Of a stretch of DNA of 64,000 nucleotides, positions 51,741 to 63,054 are shown piece by piece. Each line of letters starts with the position of its first letter. Within the stretch, counting starts at the first letter, position 1. A program made the position numbers and the translations under genes. Under the pieces are notes generated by a model that was not told where the DNA came from, ran no database searches, and saw only the letters and a program-made list of their open reading frames with translations. The stretch is from assembly GCA_963845755.1 (NCBI GenBank), contig CAWJTV010000016.1, forward strand, positions 23,060 to 87,059, read 5' to 3'. Source of the DNA: an uncultured Planctomycetota bacterium (GTDB lineage Bacteria > Planctomycetota > Planctomycetia > Isosphaerales > Isosphaeraceae).

Positions 51741-53627
51741 TCCGACTAGTAATTGTGGGGTTTTTCCTGGAAACTACTGCTTAAATGTCCCCTCAAATTT
51801 AATCCTCAGGAATGTCCCACACTAAAACGGTTCCATCACTACTCGCAGAACAGACAAGGCGGGAGTCCTTCCCAAAAAGGATCTGAGTAATGCCATCTTG
51901 GTGTCCGTGATATCGGGAGATCGCCCGGCGCTTCCTCTCCCAGATTCGCATGACCTTATCCTCGCCGCCCCACGCGACGCGTTGACCGTCGCGGGAGAAC
52001 GTGACACACCAAATCGGCCCTCCGTCACCGTCAGCTAGTGGTGGACGTTCGAGCGTACCAAGGTCCGGTCTCCAAAATCTGAGGATTCCGTCATCACCGC
52101 CCAGAGCGACTGATCCATCGACGGGCGAGAAGGCCAGGCACTGTATGGGTTCCCCCGAAGCCTTGACTTGCCTGAGAATGCGGAGCCCGGCAACATCCCA
52201 AAGCCTAACAGTGCCATCATTATCTGAAGATGCAATAGTTCTCCCGCCTGTTGAAAAGGCCAGGGCTGCGCACGACTGATCGGTCATTCGTCTCGACTCT
52301 CCGGACTAGATTGCCCGTCACCGCCCTCCAAAGCCCGCAAGCAAGGCCATCCTCCCAAGTTGCCGCGATGGTGCTGGCGTCTGGCGCAAAGGCCACGACG
52401 CCAACTCGGTCCAGCCTATCGAGCTTCGACCGTCGGAGTTCCCTGCCCGTGGTCATATTCCAAGAGAAGAGCCGACCATCCTCAGTGACAGCAGCGAGCG
52501 TTTCCCCGTCCGGCAGGAAGCTAACGGCGCCCATCACCCCGATGCGCTCACCAAGAAACCGTTTGAGCTGCTCACCATTGGTTGCCTCCCAGAGTCTGTG
52601 AGGAGGGTCATAAACTCGGCGAATCAGTATCCCTGTCCCAAGCTCCCACAGTCTGAGGCAACCTCCTTCGTCAACTGAGGCCAACGATTTGCTATCGGCA
52701 CTGAGAGCCATGCAGCGCACGCTTCCACTGTGCCTCGGTTGGGCAGTCCTCTCCCGTCCCGTCGTGATGTCCCAGATCTGGAATGATGGATCATCCTGAG
52801 AAGCCAGCGCGATCGCGGTGCTATCGGGCGCAAACGACAATACGGTCGCCACGTCTCTGGGCTCAGGGCGGATTCTCCGCACCTCACGCCCTGTGCCCGT
52901 GCGCCATACCCGTAGAGTGGCATCCCGGCAACCTGCCGCGACCATGCTGCGATCGGGTGAGACGGAGACGGAAGCCACGGCGGACCAATTTTGCAGAGGC
53001 TGCCGCCGAAGCATTGACCCGTCCGACACCTTCCACGTCGTTAGAGTTCCACCGGGCCCCAGCAGAGTGATCGACTTGCCGTCCAGGGAGAACGCATTTG
53101 CTTGAAGCAGCCCCTGATCGGGAAGAGTTTGCACAAGCTTGCCAGAGCCGATGTCCCAAATCCTCACAGATTCGTCCTTGAAACCCACGGCGAGGGACGC
53201 ACCGTCGGGCGTGAAGGCGATGGATGCCACGCCTGCAAGACCGGCGGTTGACAGCCTGCGACGTTCCGCGCCGGTGTTCAAGTCCCAAATGCGCAAAGTC
53301 CTATCTCCGCCACAAGAGGCAAGGCTTCTGCCATTTGCCGCGAAGGCAATACCAAGTATCCCCCCTTCTTGATGCCCGCGAAGCTCCCAGTTCAGCCGGC
53401 CTTCCTTACTTTCCCAAACCCTGATTGCCTCATCGCTACAAGAAACAGCTAGACTCTCGCCATCAGGTGAAAACTGAACCTCACCCAAACTGAACTCCTC
53501 GAGCATAGGACTCTTGGACATCGGGATTCTGCGGACAACTTTGCCTGCTAAAGAATCCCAAATTGTCACAGTCCTCGAACGCCACTCCGACACAGTGGCT
53601 AGTCGCTTGCCGTCAGGAGAGAAGGAG

Positions 53628-54991
53628 CAGGGCTTACGCACCAGCCTGGGATGACTGGGTGCTCTGGGGATGAGCAGCTCGACTCTGTTGTGTAGTCCGG
53701 CTGGCTGGGGATCGGGCGTCTCTTGTACCATCGATCTCCAGGACCCGTCAACACCTTCAGGGACGTCCACACCATGACCGCCATCCCCGAGCCGCTCTCC
53801 ACTCCCCCGGCCCACGACCCGGCCTCGATCCTCGAGCATTTCGCTGACCTCCCCGACCCGCGCCGCGAGCAGGGGCGAATCCATCGACTCGATGAGATCG
53901 TCTTCATGGCCACCTGCGCCATGTTCTGCGGCGCCGAGACCTGGGAGCAGATCGCCGGCTACGCCCACTCCAAGATCGACTGGCTCCAGACCATCCTCAC
54001 CTTGCCCGGCGGCATCCCCTCGCACGATACCTTCCGCCGCGTCTTCTGCCTGCTCGACCCGCTCGCCTTCCAGAGATGCTTCTACGCCTGGATGACGGCG
54101 CTGATGGAGCGGCGCGGATTGATCCCGCTCGCCGCGGATCCGCCCGCATTGAGACCGATCGCCATCGACGGCAAGGCCCAACGCGGCGCGGCGCGGCGCA
54201 CCGTCGGTCGCTCGGCCTTGCACGTGGTCAGCGCCTGGGCCGTCGAGAATCGTTTGACCCTGGGGCAAGTGGCCACCGACGCCAAATCCAACGAGATTAC
54301 GGCCATCCCCGAGTTGTTGGCGCTGTTGGACCTGAAGGGGGCCGTGGTGACCATCGACGCCATGGGCTGCCAGAAGGACATCGCCGCCGACATCATCGAA
54401 GGGGAGGGCCAGTATGTGCTGGCGGTCAAGGAGAATCAGCCGCATCTCTACCAGGACATCGAGCGGGCATTCGAGGAGGTCTTGGAACGTGGCGAGCCCG
54501 ATGTGGACTTCACCGAGTGTCAGACCGAAGGGGTCCGTAGCGGTCGCCAGGAGACCCGCAGTTGCTGCGTGATCACCGAGCCGAAGGGCATCCGGGACGC
54601 GGGCCTGTGGGCCGGGCTGACGGCGATCGTGATGGTGATCAGCCAGCGGATGGTCAACGGTGTCGTCGGGAGCGAGACCCGCTACTTCATCGGCAGCGCG
54701 GCCGGGACGGCGGAGGAGTATCTGGGGTGGGTGCGCGGCCATTGGGGGATCGAGAACTCGCTGCACTGGGTCTTGGACGTCTGTTTCCACGAGGATGACC
54801 AGAGGCACTGGGCCGGCAACAGTGCCGAGAACCTGGCATGGCTCCGCAAGCTGGCGCTCTGTCTGCTCAAGGCGGAGAAGAACAGTAAGGGCAAGAGTAT
54901 CGCGACTCGCCGCCTGCTGGCGGGGTGGAAGAACGACTATCTATTGAGTGTACTGGCCCAAATCCCAGAGAAATCTGGTGCGTAAGCCCTG
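53628..54991 (+). mobile_element. ISAs1-family insertion sequence
   Basis: Perfect 17-bp IR CAGGGCTTACGCACCAG / CTGGTGCGTAAGCCCTG; 10-bp TSD AGAGAAGGAG at 53618-53627 and 54992-55001. Confidence 0.95.
53774..54985 (+). CDS. ISAs1 transposase (intact)
   Basis: HFADLPDPR, GIPSHDTFRRVF, IAIDGK, KSNEITAIPELL, TIDAMGCQK, RGHWGIENSLHWVLDVCFHED. Confidence 0.95.
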   Translation: MTAIPEPLSTPPAHDPASILEHFADLPDPRREQGRIHRLDEIVFMATCAMFCGAETWEQIAGYAHSKIDWLQTILTLPGGIPSHDTFRRVFCLLDPLAFQRCFYAWMTALMERRGLIPLAADPPALRPIAIDGKAQRGAARRTVGRSALHVVSAWAVENRLTLGQVATDAKSNEITAIPELLALLDLKGAVVTIDAMGCQKDIAADIIEGEGQYVLAVKENQPHLYQDIERAFEEVLERGEPDVDFTECQTEGVRSGRQETRSCCVITEPKGIRDAGLWAGLTAIVMVISQRMVNGVVGSETRYFIGSAAGTAEEYLGWVRGHWGIENSLHWVLDVCFHEDDQRHWAGNSAENLAWLRKLALCLLKAEKNSKGKSIATRRLLAGWKNDYLLSVLAQIPEKSGA

Positions 54992-55293
54992 AGAGAAGGA
55001 GACGGAGCTCGACCGGCCACCCGGCCCAGAACCTGAGCGTTCCTATCCTGGCGACGGCGCCAACGGGAAGAGGATCCCCGTGCAAGTCCATTTTCCCCTT
55101 GTAGACACTGCCCAAGTTGTTTGGCCGAGACTCCAACTGGCAGCAGGCCGTCGCGGCGAAAAAGCAGATGCCAATGAAGCGCATGATACCCTCCCAGGGA
55201 TTCCGAGCATCCTCACAGCCCGGGGGCCAGCGATAAGCGCGCCGTCCATAGCATCCGACTCAGAGGGCGTACGAGAAGGTCGTTACCTCGACT

Positions 55294-55387
55294 CCCTCAC
55301 CCCAACCCTCTCCCCCAGGGGCGAGGGGGACGGATCCAACTTCTTCTACCCCCCCGGGAGAAGGTGCCCGAAGGGCGGATGAGGGGG
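55294..55387. repeat. Pair of REP-like palindromes
   Basis: CCCTCACCCCAACCCTCTCCCCCAGGGGCGAGGGGGA and inverted CCCCCCGGGAGAAGGTGCCCGAAGGGCGGATGAGGGGG. Confidence 0.7.
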
Positions 55388-55565
55388 TGATCCGCCGACG
55401 ACCAGGGACTTCTCGTACACCCTTTCAGAACCCGTAGATCGGGGTACCTGGCATACCACCCGTCGGGAACGGAGGGGGGTTCATCCCCCCCAGGGGCCCC
55501 CATTTCCCCCTCCGGTGCTTGGACTTGCCAGTCTCCTGTCCTTTGTAGCATATTGTATGAGTGCA

Positions 55566-55691
55566 GGAATCAAAGGGGTCAGGAGCCAATTTTGCGTTTT
55601 GGCTCCTGACCCCTTTGATTCCCTTCTGACCCCTTTGATTCCCTTCAGTTATGTCCCCTTTTCTTTGTCCCCTTTTCTTTGTCCTGTCCCC
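55566..55691. repeat. 24-bp perfect hairpin plus stuttered TGACCCCTTT / TGTCCCCTTT repeats
   Basis: GGAATCAAAGGGGTCAGGAGCCAA (55566-55589) / reverse complement 55599-55622; tandem copy from 55626; GTTATGTCCCCTTT at 55648-55661. Confidence 0.85.
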
Positions 55692-58137
55692 TCGCGGTAA
55701 GGACGTTTCTCATGGTAAAGTCTGAGCCAGGACTCGCCGTTTGACCGATCCTCTACATCTGTTGCGAACTCGTTCGCCTTTGCCTGCCACTTTACCGCGG
55801 ATCGGAAGTCACCGACCTCGGCAAAAGCCGCAGCCAGTGTGCTCAAGCAATGGAATTGCCTCCATCCCGTCAGCTCGCCGGCATCAGCCGCCGAACGAAG
55901 CGCCCTACTACCGTCGCGATATCTCGCTTCCGGGCAAGAAGCCCAGATCCGAGCGCGGGCGAGGTAAGCATCCGGAACCTGGGGATTCAGACGCACCGCC
56001 TCGCCGAAATCGGCGAGGGCTTTGTCGTACTGTTTCATTCGGCGCCAAGCCGCTCCGCGTGAAAGATAACAGTCTCCACCTTGAGGATTGAGGTTGATCG
56101 CCTTAGTGAAGTCAGCGACAGCCCTGTCGTACTCGCCCTCGTCATTCCAGAGACCGCCGCGAGCCGAGTAGGCCGCAGCGACCAGCGGTACCCCGAACGG
56201 GCTCCTCCCCCCGTCCAGTGCGATCGCCTTGGTCAGGTCGGCGATGGCTTCGTCAATTTCCTGTTTGCTTGCCCAGGCTGAGGCGCGACGATAGCAGGCG
56301 TTGAAGGCATCGGGGCCTTGGGGGTTGAGCCGGATCGCCTCACTAAAGTCAGCGATGGCCTTGTCAAACTGCTCTCTTTGCTGCCAGACGAACCCGCGGA
56401 AAGAATATGCGCCGGCATCTCGTGGGTTGAGCCGGATTGCCTCGGTGAGGTAAGCGATGGCCCTATCATGATCCCCCCTGAAGTATGGAGCCGTGATTTC
56501 GGACAGCCTCTTGGTTGATGATCGGTGTCGATCGCGTCTCACATCCAGAGCTCTGGCTCGATCCGCATTGGCAAGTTCAAGTTTACCGAGGTACTGCCAG
56601 TAATTTGCCCGATTGAAATAGAATGTTGGTTGATCGGGAGCCACTCGTATGGATTCCGCGTACTCTCTCTCCGCCTGATCTAGCTCGTTCAGAAAGAAAT
56701 GGGCTTGACCGCGGAGGTTGAATGCAAAACCACGCTCACTGTCCGTAAGTGGATTATCAGGCCAGTTCCGATGGAGTAGGTTCTGCATATCGACCAATAC
56801 ATCCCGAAAACCCTTTTCAATTGAGTGGCGCAAGAGAAGAATACTGCACACTGCGCATGAATCAACCAGGTGGTCGCCAATTCGGTCGATAACTCGCGGC
56901 AACGACGAGAGTCCGAGATGGCCCAGTCGGCATATCGAATCCTCTCCTCGACGCTAAGTTCATTCCAGTGATATCCCAGATAAAAGAGGTAAACTTTGCT
57001 TCTTTCCAACAGAGCGCCAGTGTAGTCCGGGATCATCTGGAGTGCCTCATTGAACATGGTGGATGCTGCCCCATAGTCTCCACCTCGCCGGAGCCGGACC
57101 GCCTCACGAACTAACTTGGCCGCCCTGCGAGCCTCCTCAAGCCGTGGGTCTGGTCCCCAATCGAGGCGTGACTTCTCCGCCTTCGACAGGCCCGGTTTTT
57201 CCTCGTCCAAGCCGTGGTAGCGCATTAGTTCCTGAAGAGTATCAATGCGAAAAGCATCGGACCATAGCGTACCGTCGCTCGATGATGAGTTGTCTCCGTT
57301 CGCGTGGATCCCTACCACGTGACCGTTTCCGAGGAAGACGGGGGAACCGCTGGATCCTGGACCCAGATCATAATCGTACCAGATCAGTTGTCGCTCCCGA
57401 AGTGTATCCATCGCCGCGGGGCACACTTCGGCGATGCATGCGTCCGCGAACGCGGCTGTCGCGGGACGTGACGGTGTCGGCCACCGGCGATCGACGTTCC
57501 CAGGATAGCCGAGGAAACCGACCGGTTGCCCGCCACGTTCAAGTACTCTGAGTTCTTGCTCACTGGCGAGTTCAAGTTCGAAAGGCAACTCGGGACCTTC
57601 CTTGGAAAGCCGCATGACCGCGACGTCTTGCCCCCAGGATGCGAGCTCGCCATCCCTTGGGTCGCTGGAGCGAACCTCGAGCCCGTGGTCAAGCCTGCGA
57701 GTCAGGCCCGGATGGTACCAGACTCTTTCCACGCGGTAAGGAAAAGACGTACCATCAAGAATTGCGAACATCTTCTGACCCATGACAAAGTCGTCTGCCA
57801 CATGCGCAGCCGTGGCGATGAGACGTTCCTTCCGCGAAATGACGAAGCCGGTGGATTGGCGTGAAGTCGTTGGAGCGAAGTCGATGGTTACCGGATGGCC
57901 GAGTAAGACTACACCAGCTCGTAGCTTCCATGCTACAGAGCGCAGCGCGTAGTCCGCTGCGTCGCTCACTTCAAACCGCCGGGGTTCCTCTATATCGGGG
58001 AGGGCCGGAGGGGACCGCGCGTCTGGTTCATCTCTGGTTCCGCGGCATTCCACACCGCCGACACTGAACGGGGCGGCGAAGGGGACTACAGCCGCTATGA
58101 TAAGAAAGAGCCTTGAGCAACTTTGCCGAGCGTCCAC
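55649..58137 (-). CDS. Secreted trypsin-like serine protease with TPR repeats (frameshift(s) near 56830-56900)
   Basis: Signal peptide; IATAAHV, DVAVM, GSSGSPV catalytic triad; TPRs (AIADFSEAIRLNP); STLAAAFAEVGDFRSAVKWQ cap. Confidence 0.85.
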
Positions 58138-58283
58138 GTGGTTGGATCCTCAACTGCTTCTGCCGTGAACTTGAGGGTCCTGCCCTTCAAGCTTCAGAAA
58201 GTAGCACTGACCGACGCAAAGGCACGATTCTTGATTCGTAATTGCCGTCCTACAAACTCTTCACAGAATCTCATGGTGACTGT

Positions 58284-60890
58284 TCAAAACCAACCCATTC
58301 CACCCCCCAAACCCATTCCGGGACCCATCCCTCCAGGGCGAGGCCCATTCCCGGGACCCATGGGGGAACCCGGCCGCCTCATGTTGCATGGAACCTCGTC
58401 GCCTCCCAGAAACCACCACAGATACCAGCCGCTGGTGTCGGCTCCGAATGGGGGCTCCGCCGGCACTCGTAGAGTGCCAACGGTCCCGCCTGGCCAGCCC
58501 CCATCCGGCTGACGTGGTCCGGCCGGGTGAGGTCCTGGTAGAGGGCGAATTGGCCCTCCACCACCTCCACCACCGCCTATGAAAGGAGCGAGGGGATCGT
58601 AGGGGCTCGACCTGCCATTCTGGCCGGGTTTGTACCGCTTCGTGATAGGCGGGGGAACAGGGCCACTCGGCGATAAGGGGCTCCGTGCCGGGCACATCTC
58701 GATCTCGGCACCTATCGTGCCGTTCTGGTCGCCAACCACTTTTACGCCTCCGAGGCCACCCCGTGCAGGTGCGCCCACCGCGCCGCCATTACCTGTACCT
58801 TGCCCGCGACGCTGGCCGCCAAACGGACCGCCCCGACCGTGTCCCGCTACTGGGTATTGCGTTCCTTCGGGGTCAGAAAAGTTGGTTGGCTGATTCCCGA
58901 CGTACCGATCCAGGTTCGAATCTCCCGCGGCGAATCCCTTTGGATCCAAACTCGTCCATCTGCCTGCCCCTGGGTTCTCGACGCGATTAACTGCTAGATT
59001 GAGCCCCAAGGCCGAATCTCTATCCAAGCCAGCGAAACCCATCATCCGGTCGCCATTGGATGGGCTCGACTCCCCGAGCTGCGTGCCGAAGGCGCTGTAA
59101 TCGACGTGGTCGATGATCGCGCCCGAGTTGTTGATCAGGTCGCGGATCGTGCCCAGGCGGTCGGGCAGGTACCAGGCGACCGTGCCGCTGGACGACTGGC
59201 GAGCCAGGACCGTGTTGACGATGTCCCCGGCCGGGCCGTTCAGATACCGGGTTTCCAAAGAGCCGGAACTGTTGAAGTCCATGATCGGCTGCGAGCCGTC
59301 GTAGAGCGTCCACGTCTGGGTACTATTCTCATCCATGCCGATGCGATTGTCAAGCGCATCATACGTGTATGTGACCTGGGCCAGGACCGTGCCACCCGAC
59401 GTCTTCTCGACCGCACCGGTCATGCGGTTGCGGAAGTCGTACAAATAGGTCCAGGTATCATGGGTTGACGTGTTCGTGGCCGTGATCATGTTGCCGTCGG
59501 CGTCGTAGGTGTAGGTATAGCCAGGCGAGGCGGTTTGCTCGTTGCCCGTGCTGGTGGTGTAGCCGGTGCCGGTCTCGTTGCCGTTGGCGTCCCATGTGAA
59601 GCTCTCGTTGGTGAAGGACCCGTTGGTGTGCGAGACGCTCGTCAACTGGTTGTTGTTCGTATAGCCGTAGGTCAGCGTGTCGGTGGACGACCCGGAGCTC
59701 CAGTGGCGGACCTCCTGGGTCACGCGGCCGGCGGCGTCGTAGGTGTAGCCGTACGAGACCAGCGTGGTCCCGCCGGAGTTCTTGTCGGTGATCCCGGTCA
59801 TCTGGTCGGCGGGATCGTAGGTGTACGATGTCGTGGCCACGACCGAGGTCTCGGCCAGGTTGGAGTAGCGGGTCAGGCCGGTCATGTTGCCGGCGTTGTC
59901 GTAGGTGAATTTCACCGCCTCGGCGGAAATATCCGTGCCGGAGAGCGTCTCGTTGGTCACCTCGTCGCGGGCATCATAGGTGTAGCTGACCACGCCTCCC
60001 AGGCTGTCGCTCATGCTGGTGCGGTTGCCGTCACCGTCGACGGAGTAGGTCAACGTGACCGTCGGTAAATCGGGCGAGCCCACGTCGGCCTGGCTGGTCT
60101 CCTCGCCGTCGTCGTTGTAGGTGTACTGGTACGCGCTGTTGTTGTCGCTGACCGCCGTCAATTCGCCGTCGGCATTGTAGCCGTAATCGAAGACGTCGTA
60201 GGAACCGCCCGAAGGATTGACCCAGGTCTCCGAGGTCTCCTCGTTGTCGGCGTTGTAGCCATACTGGATTTCGTGGCCGTCGGGGTCGACCGACTCGGTC
60301 AGGTTCCCGACGAGATCATACGTATAGGTCGTGAGGCCGCCGGTGGGACTGGTCTCGGTCGCCACTTCGTGGGCTGCGTTGTAGGTGTACGAAGTGACAT
60401 TGTCGTCCGGATCCGTGACGGTCAGCACGTCGCCGGCCGCGTCGTAGGTGTAGCTCGTCGTCCCGCCGCCGGAGGGCTCCGTCTCGGTCAGGACGCGGTC
60501 CAGGTCGTCATACGTATAGCTCGTCGTGTGATCCAGGCCGTCGGTGACGGTCAGGACGTTGCCATCGTCATCGTAGGTGTACCCGGTCGTGTCGTTGTCG
60601 GCGTTCGTGGCGGAAGTCTCTTCGTTGAGCGCATTGTACCCGTAGCTCGTGGTGTGTCCCAGGGGGTCGGTAATCCCGATCAAGTCGCCATCGGCGTCGT
60701 AGTCGTATGTATAGGTCGCCGGGCTGCCGCCACCTCCGCCCGAGCCGCCCGAGCCACCGGACGGCACCGCGGGGAGGGTCTCCGTCTCGAGTTGACCCAG
60801 GGGGGTGTAGCCGAATTGCGTCGCGTTCCCGTTGGGATCCGTGACCGCGGTCTCCTCGCCGTCCAGGTCATAGCTGTAGGTCGTGATCCC
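58284..60890 (-). pseudogene. 5'-truncated RHS/YD-repeat protein with core and Gly/Pro-rich C-terminal tip
   Basis: Many TTSYTYD repeats, WYLPDRLGTIRD, DYSAFG, GRWTSLDP, RYVGNQPTNFSDPEG; YD repeats begin abruptly at the purine repeat tract at 60891. Confidence 0.88.
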
Positions 60891-60965
60891 GAGAGAGGGA
60901 AAGGGGACATAACGAGAGAGGGAAAGGGAGAGGGATAAGGGGAAGAGGGAAAGGGGACATAACGA
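60891..60965. repeat. Stuttered purine-rich repeats containing AAAGGGGACATAAC twice
   Basis: GAGGGAAAGGGGACATAACGA at 60895-60915 and 60945-60965; core is the reverse complement of 55648-55661. Confidence 0.85.
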
Positions 60966-61064
60966 ATAAATCCGCCTATCCCGATACTACAGTGGCCTGC
61001 CCCCCAAAACCTGGTCCAGTCTTAATGGGAATCGTACAACTGGCAGAGAGCCAGGGAGCGACCC

Positions 61065-61332
61065 ATGCGAAAACGACCCCGACCGGACCAGATTGCATCC
61101 ATCCTTCGAGACTTCCAGGCCGACCTCGACGCCGGCTTGACCCTCCACCAGGCCTGCCGCAAGGCCGGCATCGGACCGACGACCTACTACCGCTGGAAGG
61201 CCCTCCAGGAGGAACCTATATCGCGTGAACAATTTCACATTTCAGAACTCGAAGCCGAAATCGATCGCCTCAAGCTCCTGGTCGCCGAGCTGGCGCTCGA
61301 CCGCCGCATGCTCCAGGAGGCCTTGAAAAAAA
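61065..61332 (+). CDS. IS3 OrfA (cut at the A-run by the nested IS)
   Basis: CRKAGIGPTTYYRWK...LEAEIDRLKLLVAELALDRRMLQEALKK. Confidence 0.9.
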
Positions 61333-62967
61333 CTAGGCTGGCAAAGTTAGCTGGAGGCAGCGTTGCTCCAAGTCCTGTGAGGTAGGCATCGGGATCATGG
61401 CGGAACCGGCGCTGCTTCCGCCGCGATTCCCGCCGCGCCTCCAGTTCCGCTCGCAGCTCCTGCCAACCCTCCACATAGCCCGGGCCTCAGCACCAGGCCT
61501 TCCTCCGGCCGCAGCCGCGTCGCCAGCCCCGAGATCACCCGCGCCGAGCCCATCACCACCAGGCCCGGCGACCCCCGACGCCGACCGCTGGCCCGGCGCT
61601 CGTGGTAGCGATGACTGCCGAAGGTGTGCTCCAGGTCGTTATTCGTCCGCGGCAGGTCCGACGACTCGTAGCAGCGAAACAAGCCCGGCCAGTAGCTCCG
61701 GGTCACCTTCAGGAACTGCTTCAAACCCGCCCGCACCGCGGGCTCGTCTGTCGTCGCCGCCGCCCGGCGCATCCGCACCAGCAGTTGCACCAGCCGCCGC
61801 CGCACCTTCTTCGCCGGCAGCCCCTCCTCGTTCTTGAGGATCCGGGCGGCGCGCTTGACCCATTGGTACGACTCGCGCACCGCCGGGAACAGCGCGGCCG
61901 TCTCCTCCAGCCCGCGCCGCAGCAACTGCCGCAGCCGTTTCAAGCCCCCGGGCAAGTCGCCCGCCTTGGCGACCACATCGTCCAAGCTGGCGGCGATCCG
62001 GCTCAATCGATCCTGCAGCTTCAGCCCGGAGGCCGACAGCGGCGGCAGTCCGTCGTCGGTCAAGGCGGCGCGCACCGCGGCGCAGTAATCCCGCACCACC
62101 TCCGCCTCCGCGTCCTCCGCGTCGTCCTCCAGCTCCTTCTCCGCCGCACGCTCGATCTTCCGGATGCCCCGCACCCGCTTCTTCAACTCCTTCTTGGCGT
62201 GGCGATCCGCCTCGTAGATCGGCTTGGCCGCCTCGCGGAGGTAGTGGAAATGGCAGAGCTGATGGGGGACACCTTTGAGGGCCATAGCCACGGCGTTGCG
62301 GATGCTCTCCTGGCCGTCGGAGACCACGCCGGTGATCGGCACCGGCAGGGCCTTCCGCACCTGGTCGATCAGGCCGGCCAGGTCCTTGGCGGTGGACGAC
62401 AGCAGGCTCTTGGCCAGGAGGATCTCGCCGGAGAGGCAGTCGCGCAGCACCCAGAGGACCTCGTGGCCGACATCCGGCTGCAGGCCGTCGATGGCCAGGA
62501 TGACGCGGCCCTGCGGGCGCAACAGCGGACTCCAGCCGCTGGGGATCGGCCGTGGCCAGGGACCGCAGCTCATCGTAGCGGTCCAACAGGTTGGTGACGG
62601 TGCGTTCGGCCAGGATGAGCCCGCGGTGCGTGAGCTCGCGGTGGATCTCGGGGATGCTGCGGTGCTCGGCATAGCGGAGCCGGCCCACCAGGGCCATGAC
62701 GTCGAGTCCGAACTCGTGATAGGGCAAGGCGAAGTGGGGCTCAGCCTCAGGGCGGTAGGGTCGGAGGAAGCGGGAGCAGGCGGGATTGGGGCAGCGTCGG
62801 ATCGTCAGGGTCAGCCGGAAGACGCCGTCGAGGGTGCTGATGGTGCGAAAGTTGTTGTAGTCGGCACCGGTCCGGTGCTGGCACTCGGGGCAGTTCAAGA
62901 GGACCGGAGCGAGGGTCAGGGCGCGATCCGGTTGCGGTCGTGGTCGTCGTCGTTTGCGGTTACGCAT
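61333..62967 (-). CDS. Transposase of nested IS (frameshifts near 62530, 61475, 61370)
   Basis: CPEC...CPNPAC, ILAIDGLQP, VVSDGQ, HQLCHFHYL, PRTNNDLE; probable stop TAG inside the terminal CTAG. Confidence 0.85.
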
Positions 62968-63043
62968 GGAAAGCCTCCTCTGCTATGTTCTTACGTCCAT
63001 TATACCAAGCCGAGGGGCTTCCCAGCTACTTTTGCTACCCTAG
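61333..63043 (-). mobile_element. Nested DDE insertion sequence (IS256/MULE-like fold; family uncertain)
   Basis: Imperfect IRs CTAGGCTGGCAAAGTTAGCTGG / revcomp CTAGGGTAGCAAAAGTAGCTGG; flanked by A7 on both sides (apparent TSD). Confidence 0.85.
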
Positions 63044-63054
63044 AAAAAAAAGCC

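Larger units (their letters stand above)
51799..55184 (-). pseudogene. WD40-repeat protein disrupted by ISAs1 (plus frameshifts near 55010 and 52290)
   Basis: DLHGDPLPVGAVARIGTLRF leader; more than ten FSPDG...xxxWD repeats; reading resumes SFSPDGKRLAT after the IS. Confidence 0.88.

Noticed and set aside
52220..54808. 862-aa ORF as one protein
   Set aside because: N-terminal half is the antisense of the ISAs1 transposase read into the WD40 remainder
51741..60992. Composite IS3 transposon carrying the WD40/RHS island
   Set aside because: The two IS3 ends at 51740 and 60993 point away from this interval (it lies outside both elements) and no shared TSD is visible
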